64,000 nt of DNA, from NCBI GenBank assembly GCA_964016885.1, contig OZ024744.1, positions 79,112,001 to 79,176,000 of the forward strand. The letters are read 5' to 3'. The notes under the pieces are model-generated. The model saw only the letters and a list, made by a program, of their open reading frames with translations. It was not told the DNA's origin and ran no database searches. Numbering within the stretch: the first letter of the stretch is position 1; every line of letters begins with the position of its first letter. Below are positions 1-12,115 of the stretch, one piece after another. Position numbers and translations under genes: made by a program. The DNA is from Eledone cirrhosa (lineage: Eukaryota).

Positions 1-623
1 AATACTAAACAATCTTGGTCATGCTGGCACACCATCTTCTAGCATATAATTGATTACATTAAGTCCTCTTTGTGCTTGAATTGAACTGTCTTAAACATGA
101 TTTGAACTTGAAATACGAATAAATACCACAAGGTATTTTATTTGACACTGCCAATTCTGCCATCCATTCACCCACCACATCCCTATCTATATTGTATTTA
201 TGGTCCCATAACTCCTAATAGAGTCGTAGGGGTGCTGTATGTCAATACAGCGTTTCTTGGGCATTTTAAGGCTGGCTAATCCCTATCCAGGCTTGATTAC
301 AGCAGATTTCTTCCAGAGAAAGATAGAAAGTGAGAAAGAGATATTAGAGGAAGAACTGACCCCAATACTAGACTTGTAATTTAAAAAAAAAAATTCATCT
401 TTTTTTTTTTTTTTTAATTGAACTGCGAGAGCAGAGAGCCAGAATGAATACCATCAAACATTGTATCCGACGTTCTAATGACTCTGCCAAAGCATAGACC
501 TTGCAGAAGTTCTGCATGTTAGCTCAACCTGCTAGAAATAGCAGCCAAATTTTCTTCAACTTATACCCAATCAACATCTTACAATAGATCGTACTAGATT
601 ATTGTAGCATTATATACAAGATA

Positions 624-812
624 GGGCGGTGGATTGGCAGTATCGGTAGAGGGTCGGACGCCATGCTTCGCAACAAAGAGTTACGGCCCTTTGTGGTCTG
701 AGTTCAAATCCCACCAAGGTTAACTTTGCCTTTCATCCTTACGGGGGTCGATAAAATAAAGCACCAGTAATACACTGGGATAATTGCTAGCCTTGTGCCA
801 AAAATAGAAACA
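624..812 (+). mobile_element. tRNA-derived SINE with Meta/MESC-like core
   Basis: A/B-box-like head, core gcctttcatccttacggggtcgataaaataaag, 15-bp TSD attatatacaagata (609-623 / 813-827); further copies near 11458, 12330, 16765, 35560, 53815, 57907. Confidence 0.8.
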
Positions 813-1240
813 ATTATATACAAGATACTTGGAAATAAGGTTGTGATGGTCATGGGTGAAACACTTTTGATCATAAGGCTGATTTGGAGCATTACAAAAA
901 CAACAACAAACTTAATCACCCACATCAATTTTATGTCCATTTTTCAATCTTAGTTATTTCAAATATTTTATCCCACCTTTTTTTACAAATATTTCATCCA
1001 AATTTTAAAGGCTATTTCATTTCAGTTTTCAAAAAGATATATTTTATCTGTTTTTAAAAAATATCTCATCATATTTTAAAATATTTTGTTTTAACATATA
1101 GTTTATCCTAGTTATTTAAAATATTTTATCCTATTTTTTTTCTTATTATTATTTCAGCCTAGTAATTAAGAATATGCTTATTTTATTCCATTTCAAACCA
1201 TTTTGTCACAGTTATTTTTTAAAGCTATTTTTGTTTATGT

Positions 1241-1456
1241 TTAACCCTTTAGTATTTAAACCAGCTGTATCCAGCCAGAATTCTCTCACTTCTTTCTATT
1301 CAAACTGGCCTTAACTAGCCGCTCATACTGATGTTAAGGTATTGTTCTCAAAATAAATAATATCAAAATCTCATAGACTTGATATTATGTGAGGTAAAGC
1401 CTTTACCATGAAAATACAATAATATATATAGAGTAATATAAATGTTAAAGGGTTAA
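1241..1456. mobile_element. piggyBac-type MITE (~215 bp)
   Basis: TTAA-CCCTTTAG...TAAAGGG-TTAA termini; same family at 23343-23559, 47525-47730, 48926-49141, 52185-52389, 60282-60499. Confidence 0.8.
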
Positions 1457-1524
1457 AGTTGTCTTTTATTATATATCAAGTAGTGTATTCAGCGACTAAT
1501 CCACACTTTGTTGCTCATCGGGTT

Positions 1525-1710
1525 GAATTATCAGTCACTCTCCAATCAGTTTGTAATTGAACCTGTAGCTGTAGAGACTTACTCCAGACCACATCCCTAC
1601 TCACTGCTATCAGGGCAGAGTTGGAATGGCTATTCTAACACATCCCCCTTGCCATCCTCTGGGAAGGAGGGCAGGGGAAAGGTTTTCTCCATTCTGTCAG
1701 CTTGAACCAT
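1525..1710 (+). mobile_element. Relic of CRE-clade retrotransposon restriction-like endonuclease
   Basis: YQSLSNQFVIEPVAVET followed after a frameshift by WLF*HIPLAIL...FSIL; same motif as the relic at 49.9-50.4 kb. Confidence 0.55.
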
Positions 1711-2151
1711 GAGGCAGCATACACATGAACTGTCACACACACACACACACACACACTGAGAACGACCCCACCTCACCCACCCCGCGCATTACTAAGGCAG
1801 CAAAGCTGAATCAGTCAACAATAAAACAAGGACTATCTGTTTATAAACATATGTATATAATCACACATGAGCGTGGATTGATGCTAGCGCTGTGGAATCT
1901 TGCATGCATTAATTTCAGTTCTTATTATTAATAACTGCATTGCTTCTTTCCACGGACTATGTTGAAAAACCAACCTCATTTGGTCATTCCATGAGAGTAT
2001 TTTGGTCAACCTATGAACTTTTCAGCCAACCCTTGTATATTCTTTTACTCTTTTACCTATTCCAGCCATCCGGCTGAGGCCATGCTGGGGCACTGCTCTT
2101 GTTGCTACACACATACACACACACACACACACGCATATATATATATATGTA

Positions 2152-2203
<52 letters not shown>

Positions 2204-2205
2204 TG

Positions 2206-2543
2206 GAGGCACATGGCTTAGTGGTTAGAGCATTGGCCTTGCAATCGAAAGGTTGTGAGTTCAATTCTCAGACCGGGTGATGTGTTGTTTCCTTGAGCAA
2301 GAGACTTTATTTCACATTGCTCCAGTTTACTCAGCTGTAGAAATGAGATGATAGGGACTGGGGTCCATATCATTCCACTGCAAAGTGGTCGTGGAGGTGC
2401 CACGGCAAAAAAGCACACAGCACTCACTGTAAATGAGGTTAGTGTTAGGAAGGGCATCCAGCTGTAGAAATCAAGCCAGAATCAGTTCCCGTCCCACCCT
2501 TGCAAGCAGGGAAAAAGCGGACGTAAAAATGAAATGAAAATGA
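2206..2543 (+). mobile_element. tRNA-headed, CORE-like SINE with RTE-derived 3' tail
   Basis: tggcttagtggttagagc...gagttcaattctc head; tccttgagcaagacactttatttcac-type core; tail matches the 3' UTR of the RTE at 41949-43185. Confidence 0.85.
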
Positions 2544-3142
2544 TACATAACAAAGGATTTGTGGTAAGGAACCAGATGGACCATAACGCACCAGAGTACT
2601 CAATACTTAGGATAGTAGAGTGGGAAATAGGAAAAAGTATGACCCCGACGGCAGAGCTCAAGCCGTTTCGACGGCTATTTCTGGACTATATACAATGGTT
2701 GGCTGACCAAAATACTCTCATGGAATGATGAAATGATATATATATACATAGATCATGAGGACTAGCTGCTATCAATATAACACCATATTAGCAAGCTGTT
2801 CCCGAATCAAATTTTCTAATTTCTATTTTTTATTTTTTTCTCTATCTCCTATCTTCCATTTTATGTTTGGGTTCAATGTAATCCTGTTAGATAATACTGC
2901 AAATAACACCTGATGAAATTGCCTTGTCTTATATCATAATAGGATGATAGAGCTAAGCCATCAAAATATGTATAGTGCTTTAACAGAATTAAAATTATAA
3001 AGTAAATTTTTCAGTCCCGCCATCTATTGTTTTAATATGTATATATATGTGTGTGTAAAAGATAAACAGAAATAACAATACAAAACGGTACAGTATATGG
3101 AAGGAATATATTAGTTTAACGCTTGAAATAGCAGGAAGAGGG

Positions 3143-3178
3143 TCTTAACGTTTCGGACGCTAGTCCTTCATCAGAAGA
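3143..3178 (-). ncRNA. Minimal type I hammerhead ribozyme motif (Penelope-type)
   Basis: Minus strand UCUU-CUGAUGA-A-GGAC(UAGC)GUCC-GAAA-C-GUU-AAGA. Confidence 0.7.
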
Positions 3179-3327
3179 AAGATTGAGAAATTAGAAAGTT
3201 TGAAGGGCCAGGCAGGGCGGAATCGTAACATTTTTTTTTTTTTGAGAAAAATAACAGGTCCATTCATGTTGCCATCTCTTGGAAAACTGTTGATGTTGGC
3301 GTTTTGTATATGATATACTTATATATA

Positions 3328-3363
<36 letters not shown>

Positions 3364-3367
<4 letters not shown>

Positions 3368-3710
3368 TTTCATTCATTTCATTTCATTTTACGTCCACTT
3401 TTCCCTGCTTGCAAGGGTGGGACGGGAACTGATTCTGGCTTGATTTCTACAGCTGGATGCCCTTCCTAACACCAACCTCGTTTACAGTGAGTGCTGGGTG
3501 CTTTTTTGCCGTGGCACCTCCACGACCACTTTGCAGTGGAATGATAGGGACCCCAGTCCCTATCATCTCATTTCTACAGCTGAGTAAACTGGAGCAATGT
3601 GAAATAAAGTGTCTTGCTCAAGGAAACAACACATCACCCGGTCTGAGAATTGAACTCACAACCTTTCGATTGCAAGGCCAATGCTCTAACCACTAAGCCA
3701 TGTGCCTCCA
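3364..3710 (-). mobile_element. Same SINE family as 2206-2543, opposite orientation
   Basis: Near-identical reverse complement of 2206-2543. Confidence 0.85.
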
Positions 3711-3827
3711 TAATATATATATATATATATATATATAGGAGGTGAGTTTTATTGTAGCACAATAAAGCAATGCAAATATCGGATAAGTAGCACTCTACAG
3801 ATTGTAGGACTGGAGTATAAATAATAT

Positions 3828-6271
3828 AAGATCAAAAGATGGTTAAAAGAGTTCCAAGTATTTTATTATGCGCATTTCAAAAACAAATATCATCATGAGA
3901 TGATATCTGCGTTTTCATCAGATAAAATAGGGATACGTGATCTCTTTAAGCAACATAACCCCTAAAATAGAATTTGATAACAATGTCAAACTAGCTAACT
4001 TCTTGGATATATCCCTTAATCTTGACACTGGCCTAGATTACCCTTACCATAAAAACAATGAGAATCTAAATTATGTTAATTTTAAATCTAACCACCCCAC
4101 TAACATTAAAAATGCTATAGTTAGTAATATTGGAAAAAGAATATTAAACCTATCCTCTAGTAAAAATATATTTGAAGCTAATGCCAAGTATTATAATAAC
4201 ACGCTTTCTAAAGCCGGTTATCCTGATAAAATTAAATACAGTAAAGAAACCAATCCTAGAAGGTCTTACAGTAAAATAATTAATTATGATCATTCCAATA
4301 ACTTAAATAAAAGACCTAGATACAAAAATATAATCTGGTATAATGCTCCTTTCTCTATTTCTATTAATAATAATATTCCTAAACTATTCTTTAGGGCCTT
4401 AGATAAATGCTTCCCTCCCTCACATATCTATAGTAAAATATTTAACAAACATACAATAACATTTTCCTATTCCACCTCCTCCAACATCTCTAACATTATC
4501 TCTAAACACAACAATAAAATATTAAATATTAAATCACATCCTTCCAACACTGAGCGTCATAATAATAGCAGTAGTACTCCCAACGTCATTGTTAACTCTA
4601 GGCTAGATTCTGCAAACTCAAATACGACGTCAAACGTAACTTCGTTGAATGTTCATAATACCAATCTAAATCAGGAAACTATTATTCCTATCGTAAATAA
4701 CTTCTCCAATCCAATTCCTCCTATAAATAACACTAGGCCACTTGTTAATAACTCTGTTAATTTCTCTAATCGCAATTGTAATTGCCCTGTTAAAACTAAA
4801 TGTCCTCTCAATAACCATTATCTTGAAAAAAAACTTAGTCTATGAATGTAAGGTTATAACTGATACCAATTCCTTTACTTATTTCGGTTCCACTTCCACC
4901 TCCTTCAAAGCGAGATTTTATAATCACAATTCGTCTTTTAGATACCAACTTAAAAGAACTAACACGGCACTCTCAGAACTCATATGGTTCTTGAAAGACA
5001 AAAATATTAACCATAACATCTCTTGGAGGAAAGTTTGTTCTGCTTCTCCCTATCCAGAATGTGTAATCTTTGCCTATCTGAGAAATTTACCATTATATCT
5101 AATTTAGATTCTGTAATAAATAGACGCACTGATTTATTTTCTCTCTGTTTGCATAAATTCCACAGAACATTCCATAAAGTATACAGCTAATATCTAATAC
5201 TTTACTAGTTTAAAATCCTTTTTCTCAAAGGCTTATATATATATTTTTAAAAAATATACCCATCTTTTTACCTTATTTCAATATTATTTATTATATATTA
5301 TATAATACAAGTTACTCATTCTATATCATTCCTCTTTATCACTTTCCTTTCTTCCTCTTTTCTTTTTTCTTTTTAATTTCTAACCTCTAATCTGTGCTTT
5401 TCTTCCTAACTACTTCTCAATTCTTATTATTACTCACCACAACATATCCACTCTTCCATCTTTCTTCATATCATTGGCCATAAAAATTATTATTATCTTT
5501 TAAATACATTATAGTATTACCTTTAATAGTCCTTCATAAACATAAACATTTTTTGACGTTAGATTTTTCTTCCTTTGACTTTTACATATTACATATCACA
5601 ATACATAACAACAAACTTAAACCCTAACTAATTTCCTTTAATATATTATATTATTACCATTAGAAAATATTTCGTAAACATATATATTTTGAGGTTAGAT
5701 ATTTTCTTCCTCAAACATTCTTTTCTTCTTTGCTTTCTGCGCTCACTTTTAAACAAACTATTTACATATAATACATATTAACAATTTCTTTTCCTCGCAC
5801 ATATTATTTAACCCTTCAATATACAAACCTTAATTTAATATTATTCTTAACCCCTTTTTCTCTTCATCAACTTTAATTTCAAATTCTTTTAAATTATCTA
5901 TTATCTTCCAACGGCTTTTTAACTTCTCTCTGTGAGACAATATATATTTTTCTCAGTTGTAAAGGCTATCTCTCTCTCTCTCTATCACCCATCTCTCCTC
6001 CTCTCTCATCCTTCCTTCCTATACTCCTCCCCCACCATTCTTTACTCTCATCTCCCCCCCCCCCCTCACCTTTTCCCAATATCACACATCAATCTTAAAT
6101 TATTTTTCATATGTTGATTTAAAATTTCACTATTCACAAGTGTTTTTTAACCCTCATATCATGTATCCCTATTTTATCTGATGAAAACGCAGATATCATC
6201 TCATGATGATATTTGTTTTTGAAATGCACATAATAAAATACTTGGAACTCTTTTAACCATCTTTTGATCTT
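3828..6271 (+). mobile_element. 5'-truncated Penelope-like element (Nematis-like): RT C-terminus plus GIY-YIG endonuclease, inverted pseudo-LTR ends
   Basis: ORFs 3937-4845 and 4742-5107 (NFLDISL, SNHP, IIWYNAPFS, CNC...CPL, VY...YFGSTSTSFKARFYNH, TALSELIW) with frameshifts; 3828-3941 is the reverse complement of 6158-6271. Confidence 0.88.
6170..6240 (+). ncRNA. Type I hammerhead ribozyme motif in PLE pseudo-LTR (antisense twin at 3859-3929)
   Basis: Stem I UAUUUUAU/AUAAAAUA, CUGAUGA, long stem II, GAAA, short stem III, AUA triplet. Confidence 0.8.
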
Positions 6272-6356
6272 TGATATGTATATCTTTTGATATACATATA
6301 TAATATATATATATTGTGTCAATTATATCTTAGTAATATTTTATTTTCCTCAACAG

Positions 6357-6533
6357 AATATAGAATTTGAAGATATTTTGGGCTGGGCACCATCAATACC
6401 ACAAATAAACAGCCAGTTACACTCCAACAATGATGGAGATTGCATTAAACAAATCCAGTGTTCATCAAGACAGTATCTAGCCTTAACAAAGTCTGGGAAA
6501 GTTTATACTTTCAGTTATTCATCTGAAATACAG
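6357..6533 (+). CDS. HERC2: HERC2 exon (start of RCC1-like domain 1)
   Basis: caacag|AAT...CAG|gtatgt; NIEFEDILGW...QYLALTKSGKVYTFSYSSEIQ. Confidence 0.85.
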
Positions 6534-6780
6534 GTATGTTGTGTATTTTTGTTTGGTTTTCTAGTATCATCATCGTCATCATCACTGTTTTATGTCCATT
6601 TTCCACACTAGCATTGGTTAGACGAGTTATCCTGTTGTGGGCAATGCTAGGTCGGGTGATCATGTCTTGCTTATACAGAACTGATTTTCACTTGGTTTCT
6701 ACACCTGGATGCCCTTCCTAATGTCAACCTCATTTCCAGTGAGTACATATATATATATATTTATATATATATATATATAT

Positions 6781-8375
6781 ATTAATAAAAGGAATTCCAA
6801 CTTTGTCTGATTTACTCGTTTTATTTACAATCCTTTAAAATTATAATGATATTATAATGAAATAGTATGGTAGAATATTAACTGTTAAATGTTAATTGAA
6901 CAAGTACTTTCATGCTTTCGCAATCTTCAGCTTCATATTCAGTGGTGACAGTCAAGTTTACAATTTTCAACTGTAATGAGATGGCTAAAATCTGTGTCTT
7001 ATATACAGTAAAAGGGGGCTACAGAATGCTAGGTTTTGCAGACTGTATTTCGACCAATTGGTGTGTAGTTTCACTAGATTACTAAAGCTGATTGGTTTAG
7101 GCGTCACGGTTGTTTGAGTATGTCTAACGACTTCTATGTGACCCTATCCAAAGCATCAATTGTTTTTAGAAATGATGAAAATAGCATTTTCTAGGGTTTT
7201 TATAAAAAATGTTCAGTAATCATCAACATCAACATCACTTTTATTATTATTATTGTTGTTGTTGTTGTTAGTGGTGGTAGTCGACATGGTCGTAGGCGTA
7301 GTCATTGTAGAAGTAATACCCCTAAGCATTATTATTGTTCATTTAGCTTGGGTTGGAATTTATCAATAAAATTCTTTTCTTGATTTTACTTGGGCTGTGT
7401 AGTTTGTAGAATGGAAATATTATAATTAATTTTCTGACCACATGCTGCTAAATGCTTACTCAGGGGTATCTGACGGACATTTGGGTCTCTGATTTGTTGT
7501 CGGTGCACCCGTGCACATTCCGATAGTGCATTTCCAGTTTGACCGACATATAGTTATTCACAATTCGGGCATTTAATGCAGTAAATTAGATTTCTGCTTT
7601 TGCAGTTCATATTTGCATTTGGAAATATTTTTCCAGTTTTTGTGTTCATATATTGACCAGTATGTATGAACTGACATGTGCCACATCGACTATCATTTCA
7701 TTTAGATACAGTGAATGATTGGTCTTTGTTGTTGAGGTCAAACTTTGCTTTGTTAGTAATTGCTTCAAATTTTTCAGCTGTCTTTTACTAAGAGTCAAAG
7801 ATCGGTCTATGATTAAACCTTTTAATTCATTACTTTGAGCAAAGATCGGTAGGTTTGCTTTATTCTGGTTACATGGGTTGTGTGTCATTATAAATGGTAT
7901 GACCAGTTCTTGGTTTCTTCTTCCTTGGGTTGTCCTAAGTTTTTATAAAAACCCTGGAAAATGCTATTTTCATCATTTCTAAAAATTGCAAAACAATTGA
8001 TGCTTTGGATAGGGTCAAATAGAAGTCGTTAGACATGCTCAAACAACCGTGACGCCTAAACCAACCAGCTTTAGTAATCTAGTGAAACTACACACCAATT
8101 GGTCGAAATACAGTCTGCAAAACCTAGCATTCTGTTGCTCCTTTTTACTGTATATAAGACACAGATTTTAGCCATCTCATTACAGTTGAAAATTGCAAAC
8201 TTGACTGTCACCACTGAATATGAAGCTGAAGATTGCGAAAGCATGAAAGTACTTGTTCAATTAACATTTAACAGTTAATATTCTACCATACTATTTCATT
8301 ATAATATCATTATAATTTTAAAGGATTGTAAATAAAACGAGTAAATCAGACAAAGTTGGAATTCCTTTTATTAAT
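6781..8375 (-). mobile_element. Truncated Penelope-like element (Neptune-like) with ~430-bp inverted arms
   Basis: Minus strand SKRQLKNLKQLLTK, RCGTC, NCKSRNLIYCIKCPNC*LYVGQTG...FQPKLN (about 7335-7935); 6781-7207 is inverted at about 7940-8375. Confidence 0.88.
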
Positions 8376-8548
8376 ATATATATATATACACACACACACA
8401 TATATATATATACAGCCTCATTTACAGTGAGTACTGGGTGCTTTTTGTTGTGACGCCAACACAATCACTTTACAGTGTGAGCTGGATGCTTTTTGTCGTG
8501 GTACCTAAACAACCACTTTACAGTATGGGCTGGTGACTTCAATATATG

Positions 8549-8574
<26 letters not shown>

Positions 8575-8579
<5 letters not shown>

Positions 8580-8980
8580 CATCATCACTGTTTTACGTTG
8601 ATTCTTCCACGTTATCATGAGTTAGAAGGGTTGTCCTGTTGTGGGCTATGTTAGGTCGGCTGACCTTGTCTTGCTCATACGGGAACTGATTTTGGGTTGA
8701 TTTCTACAGCTGGATGCCCTTCCTAACACCAACCTCATTTACAGTGGGTGCTGGGTGCTTTTTTTCTGTGGCGCCTACACGTCCTCTTTACAGTGTGCTC
8801 TGGGTGCTTTTTTTGTCGTGACCCCCCCACGACCACTTTGCAGTGGGAGAGGATGGGGGCATATTGCCTATAAGCTTCGGCTTCGGCTTGTTCCCGTGGG
8901 AAGTCGGGTCTTTGTATTACTGTGTGATGCCAGAGGTGATGGTCCTGTGCCATCGCCATGGAGAGGTGCAATTGGTCTTA
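8575..8980 (-). mobile_element. RTE LINE 3' end fragment
   Basis: Matches ORF end and 3' UTR of the RTE at 41949-43185; similar pieces at 19680-20050 (+) and 46378-46790 (+). Confidence 0.75.
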
Positions 8981-9005
8981 TATATATATATTTTATATAT
9001 AATAA

Positions 9006-9220
9006 TGTGGCTGAGTGGTTAGAGAATTGGATTCACAATCGTGAGGTTGTGAGTTCGATTCCTGGAGCGGGCAATGCATTACGTCCTTGAGCAAGACACT
9101 TTATTTCACGTAGCTCCTTCTACCTGGAGTTGCAACCTATAGATAGTATTAGCAATTGGAAAGACCAACGGAAACATTGTTTCCTCAGTCCGATTTGACG
9201 AAAGTCGATCAACTGTCGAT
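9006..9220 (+). mobile_element. Second tRNA/CORE-like SINE family
   Basis: gtggctgagtggttagag...gagttcgattcc head; ggaaacattgtttcc tail shared with about 15100-15355 (-) and 59340-59555 (+); tail fragment inverted at about 9317-9393. Confidence 0.75.
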
Positions 9221-9269
9221 ATATATATATCACGGGGAAAAATTTGTCAGCATTTTCTTTTCCTTTTTA

Positions 9270-9312
<43 letters not shown>

Positions 9313-9387
9313 ATATATATTGACAGTCGATCAACTTTCGTCAAATCGGAGCAAGGAAACAATGTTTCCGTTGGTCTTTCCAATTGC

Positions 9388-9419
<32 letters not shown>

Positions 9420-9425
<6 letters not shown>

Positions 9426-10098
9426 CAACAGATTAAAGTTTAAGCAAAGAATTGCTGCTTTCACCCTTAACAGGATCTTCTGAAACTAAAAAAATCAATC
9501 TGCAGAAGTGAATATTTCAAAAGATGTTGCAACTGAAGGAAAACAGGAAGATGATACTTTGGTTCATGAAGACGTTCCCTGGCAATGAACAGAATAAAGC
9601 GAAGATAGAATGTCGTTATGTGAAGCGATAAGAACAAATACACGCAAAGACAAAACCATGTTTATGGTATAAATGGAGTCGTAGACTAATATTCTATTTA
9701 GGAAACCCCCCCCCCAATGATTCTCAGCTCCAGAGTTAAGAATAATGTAAATAAATTAGTAGAACGAAAATGACATTATTCTTAACTCGGAAGTGGAGAA
9801 TCATTGGGGTTTCCTAAATAGAATATTAGTCTATGACTCCATTTATACAATAAAGTGGTTTGTCTTTGCGTGTATTTGTTCTCTTCGCACCACATAACGA
9901 AGTATTATCTTCGCTTTTTTCCATTCATTGCCAGGGAACATCTTCGCGAACCAAGTAATGTCTTCCTGTTTTCCTTCGGTTACAACATTTTTCAAAATAT
10001 TCACTTCTGCGTTCACAGATTGATTTTTTTAGTTTCAGAAGATTCCGTTAAGGGTGAAAGCAGCGATTCTTTGCTTAAACTTTAATCTGTTATTTTAA
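9420..10098. repeat. Foldback element, ~330-bp diverged inverted arms, ~24-nt spacer
   Basis: ttaaaacaacagattaaagtttaagcaaagaat... versus ...attctttgcttaaactttaatctgttattttaa. Confidence 0.9.
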
Positions 10099-10433
10099 TA
10101 AATATTTGCTCTAGGGTTCTTATATATTTGATATATATTTATCCTTATTGAGCACACATTTATTATTATTACTATATATATATATATATATATTAATCTT
10201 TGGCAATTTTAATTTAAAATAATTTAAACATTGAAATCAAATCAACTCAAATTAAAAGGAAAACCAATTTTTCAGTTGTCTTTTTTTATTTTTATTATTT
10301 GTTTCGTTAATTTTTTTTTACTTGTTTGCTTGTAAAGCCCCACTGTGCCCGTCTTTGTATTGTCCTCTTGTGGCCAATAATAAAGAAATCATTATTTTAT
10401 TTTTTTTTTATTCCACATAAATTTCTGTTTCAG

Positions 10434-10585
10434 ACACCAAAACTTGTAGATGGCTTTGGTCAGAGAGAAGTGATAAAGATTGCAGCCTGTTCTGAAGGAA
10501 ACCACCACATGGCACTTACATGTGATGGCAAAGTATTTTCATGGGGCTTTGGTGAAGGAGGTCGTCTTGGACATGGAGACAATAT
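10434..10585 (+). CDS. HERC2: HERC2 exon (RCC1 repeat)
   Basis: ttcag|ACA...AAT AT|gttagt; TPKLVDGFG...WGFGEGGRLGHGDN. Confidence 0.95.
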
Positions 10586-11372
10586 GTTAGTATATTATTA
10601 TATCTGTTTCTACATGTAAACACACATTCACACATGCACATGCTTACATACAGGTGTATATGCTTGCATTCACAATGAAAGATACATGAATTAACTGATA
10701 ATTAGATTATGAATATTGTTTTGTTGTTCTTCTTAAAGAAATTTAACCCTTTTGATAGCAACCTGCTCCAAACCAGTTCTGGTTCTATGAAACAAAACAA
10801 GGGTTCCTATTTAAATTTAAATCTTCCAACATATTTTTATATAAGAACTATGTTAAATTATTGTCTTAGTAGTGAAATAATTAATAAATTTAATAGTATT
10901 CAACATTATTTTTATCCTTCTCCCTCAGTAATCGAAACAATTATATCTTTTTGTGATGAATACAATAGAAAGCATAAATGTTAAGAAGCACATATGTATA
11001 TTAACATGTAAGAATGCATCTATATAAGTATGGCAGTGTTTATATATACAATGCACACATGCTCATGCATGTATGCAAGCACAAATGTATTGTGCATTTG
11101 TACACATATGGATATATGAATACATACACAGTATTAAACATAAAACTCATTAACCCTCTGAACCTCAAGCCCTGTGTGCAATTCTGAACCCTTTGGTGCC
11201 TGCACAAAAATTACTGAAAAGTATTTGATATTGGTTAGTTAAACCTGAAAAAATATGTAATAAATGAACCAACATGGCAAAAATCACACCAATGCTTTGC
11301 CAAAGAACTCTGGCTACGGCATCGATGTAAAGCAATTGCTTATTCATGCAGAATGTAGTGTAAATAACAGTC

Positions 11373-12115
11373 ATAATAATAATAATGAAAATTATTGTGT
11401 ACAGTGCTCAGGTGCACTACAACTGATCAAAGGTGCATATATCTTACATAGAATAATTGTTTCTACTTTTAGGCACAAGGCCAACAATTACCCAATGCAT
11501 TACTGGTACTTTATTTTATCGACCCTGTAAGGATGAAAGGCAAAGTCAACCTCGGCGGGATTTGAACTCAGATCGTAAAGGGACGTAACTATGCTGGAAA
11601 GCATGGCGTCCGACCCTCTACTGATACTGCCAATCCACCGCCCTATCTTACATAGAATAATGTACAGATGTCAGGAAAGTGAACAGTGTATGAATCATGA
11701 TATACACACAGATGTGTAGGTGGGGGAATATGAGGTGAAGTGTTGGCGAATTTTGGGAAGCATGGAAATTTTAAAGGATGCAGTGTCCCAACAGCTAACA
11801 ACTGGTACAGGTAGCTTGTTCTATGATTCAGCAACTCTGACCATGAAAAAATGTTTCCAAAAGTTATGGGAGCTGTACTGTTTCCTGACATTGTAGGCAT
11901 GTCCACGGATGTTAGAGACATGGAACTGAAAAAGGTACTCAGGGTTGTTAGAAAGATGATTAAGAATTTTGTGGTTGTTTACCAAGTCAGTTGCCAGACA
12001 TTGGAACTTCAATGTATCCATGCCCAGGGAGGCAAGGTGTTCAGAGCACAACAGATGCCTGATGGATGGTATTCATTTGGTTGCATGTCTCTGAACAGTT
12101 TCTAGGATATCAATA
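11373..12115 (-). mobile_element. Degraded CR1 3' fragment with nested SINE (11458-11643)
   Basis: Homologous to 37022-37730; SINE flanked by an 18-bp TSD. Confidence 0.85.

Noticed and set aside
2206-2280. tRNA genes here and at about 624, 9006 and 59002
   Set aside because: tRNA-like heads continue into SINE cores and tails and lack a proper acceptor stem
2534-2728. 64-aa ORF as an upstream HERC2 exon
   Set aside because: Starts in a SINE tail, has no clear splice sites and no resemblance to HERC2
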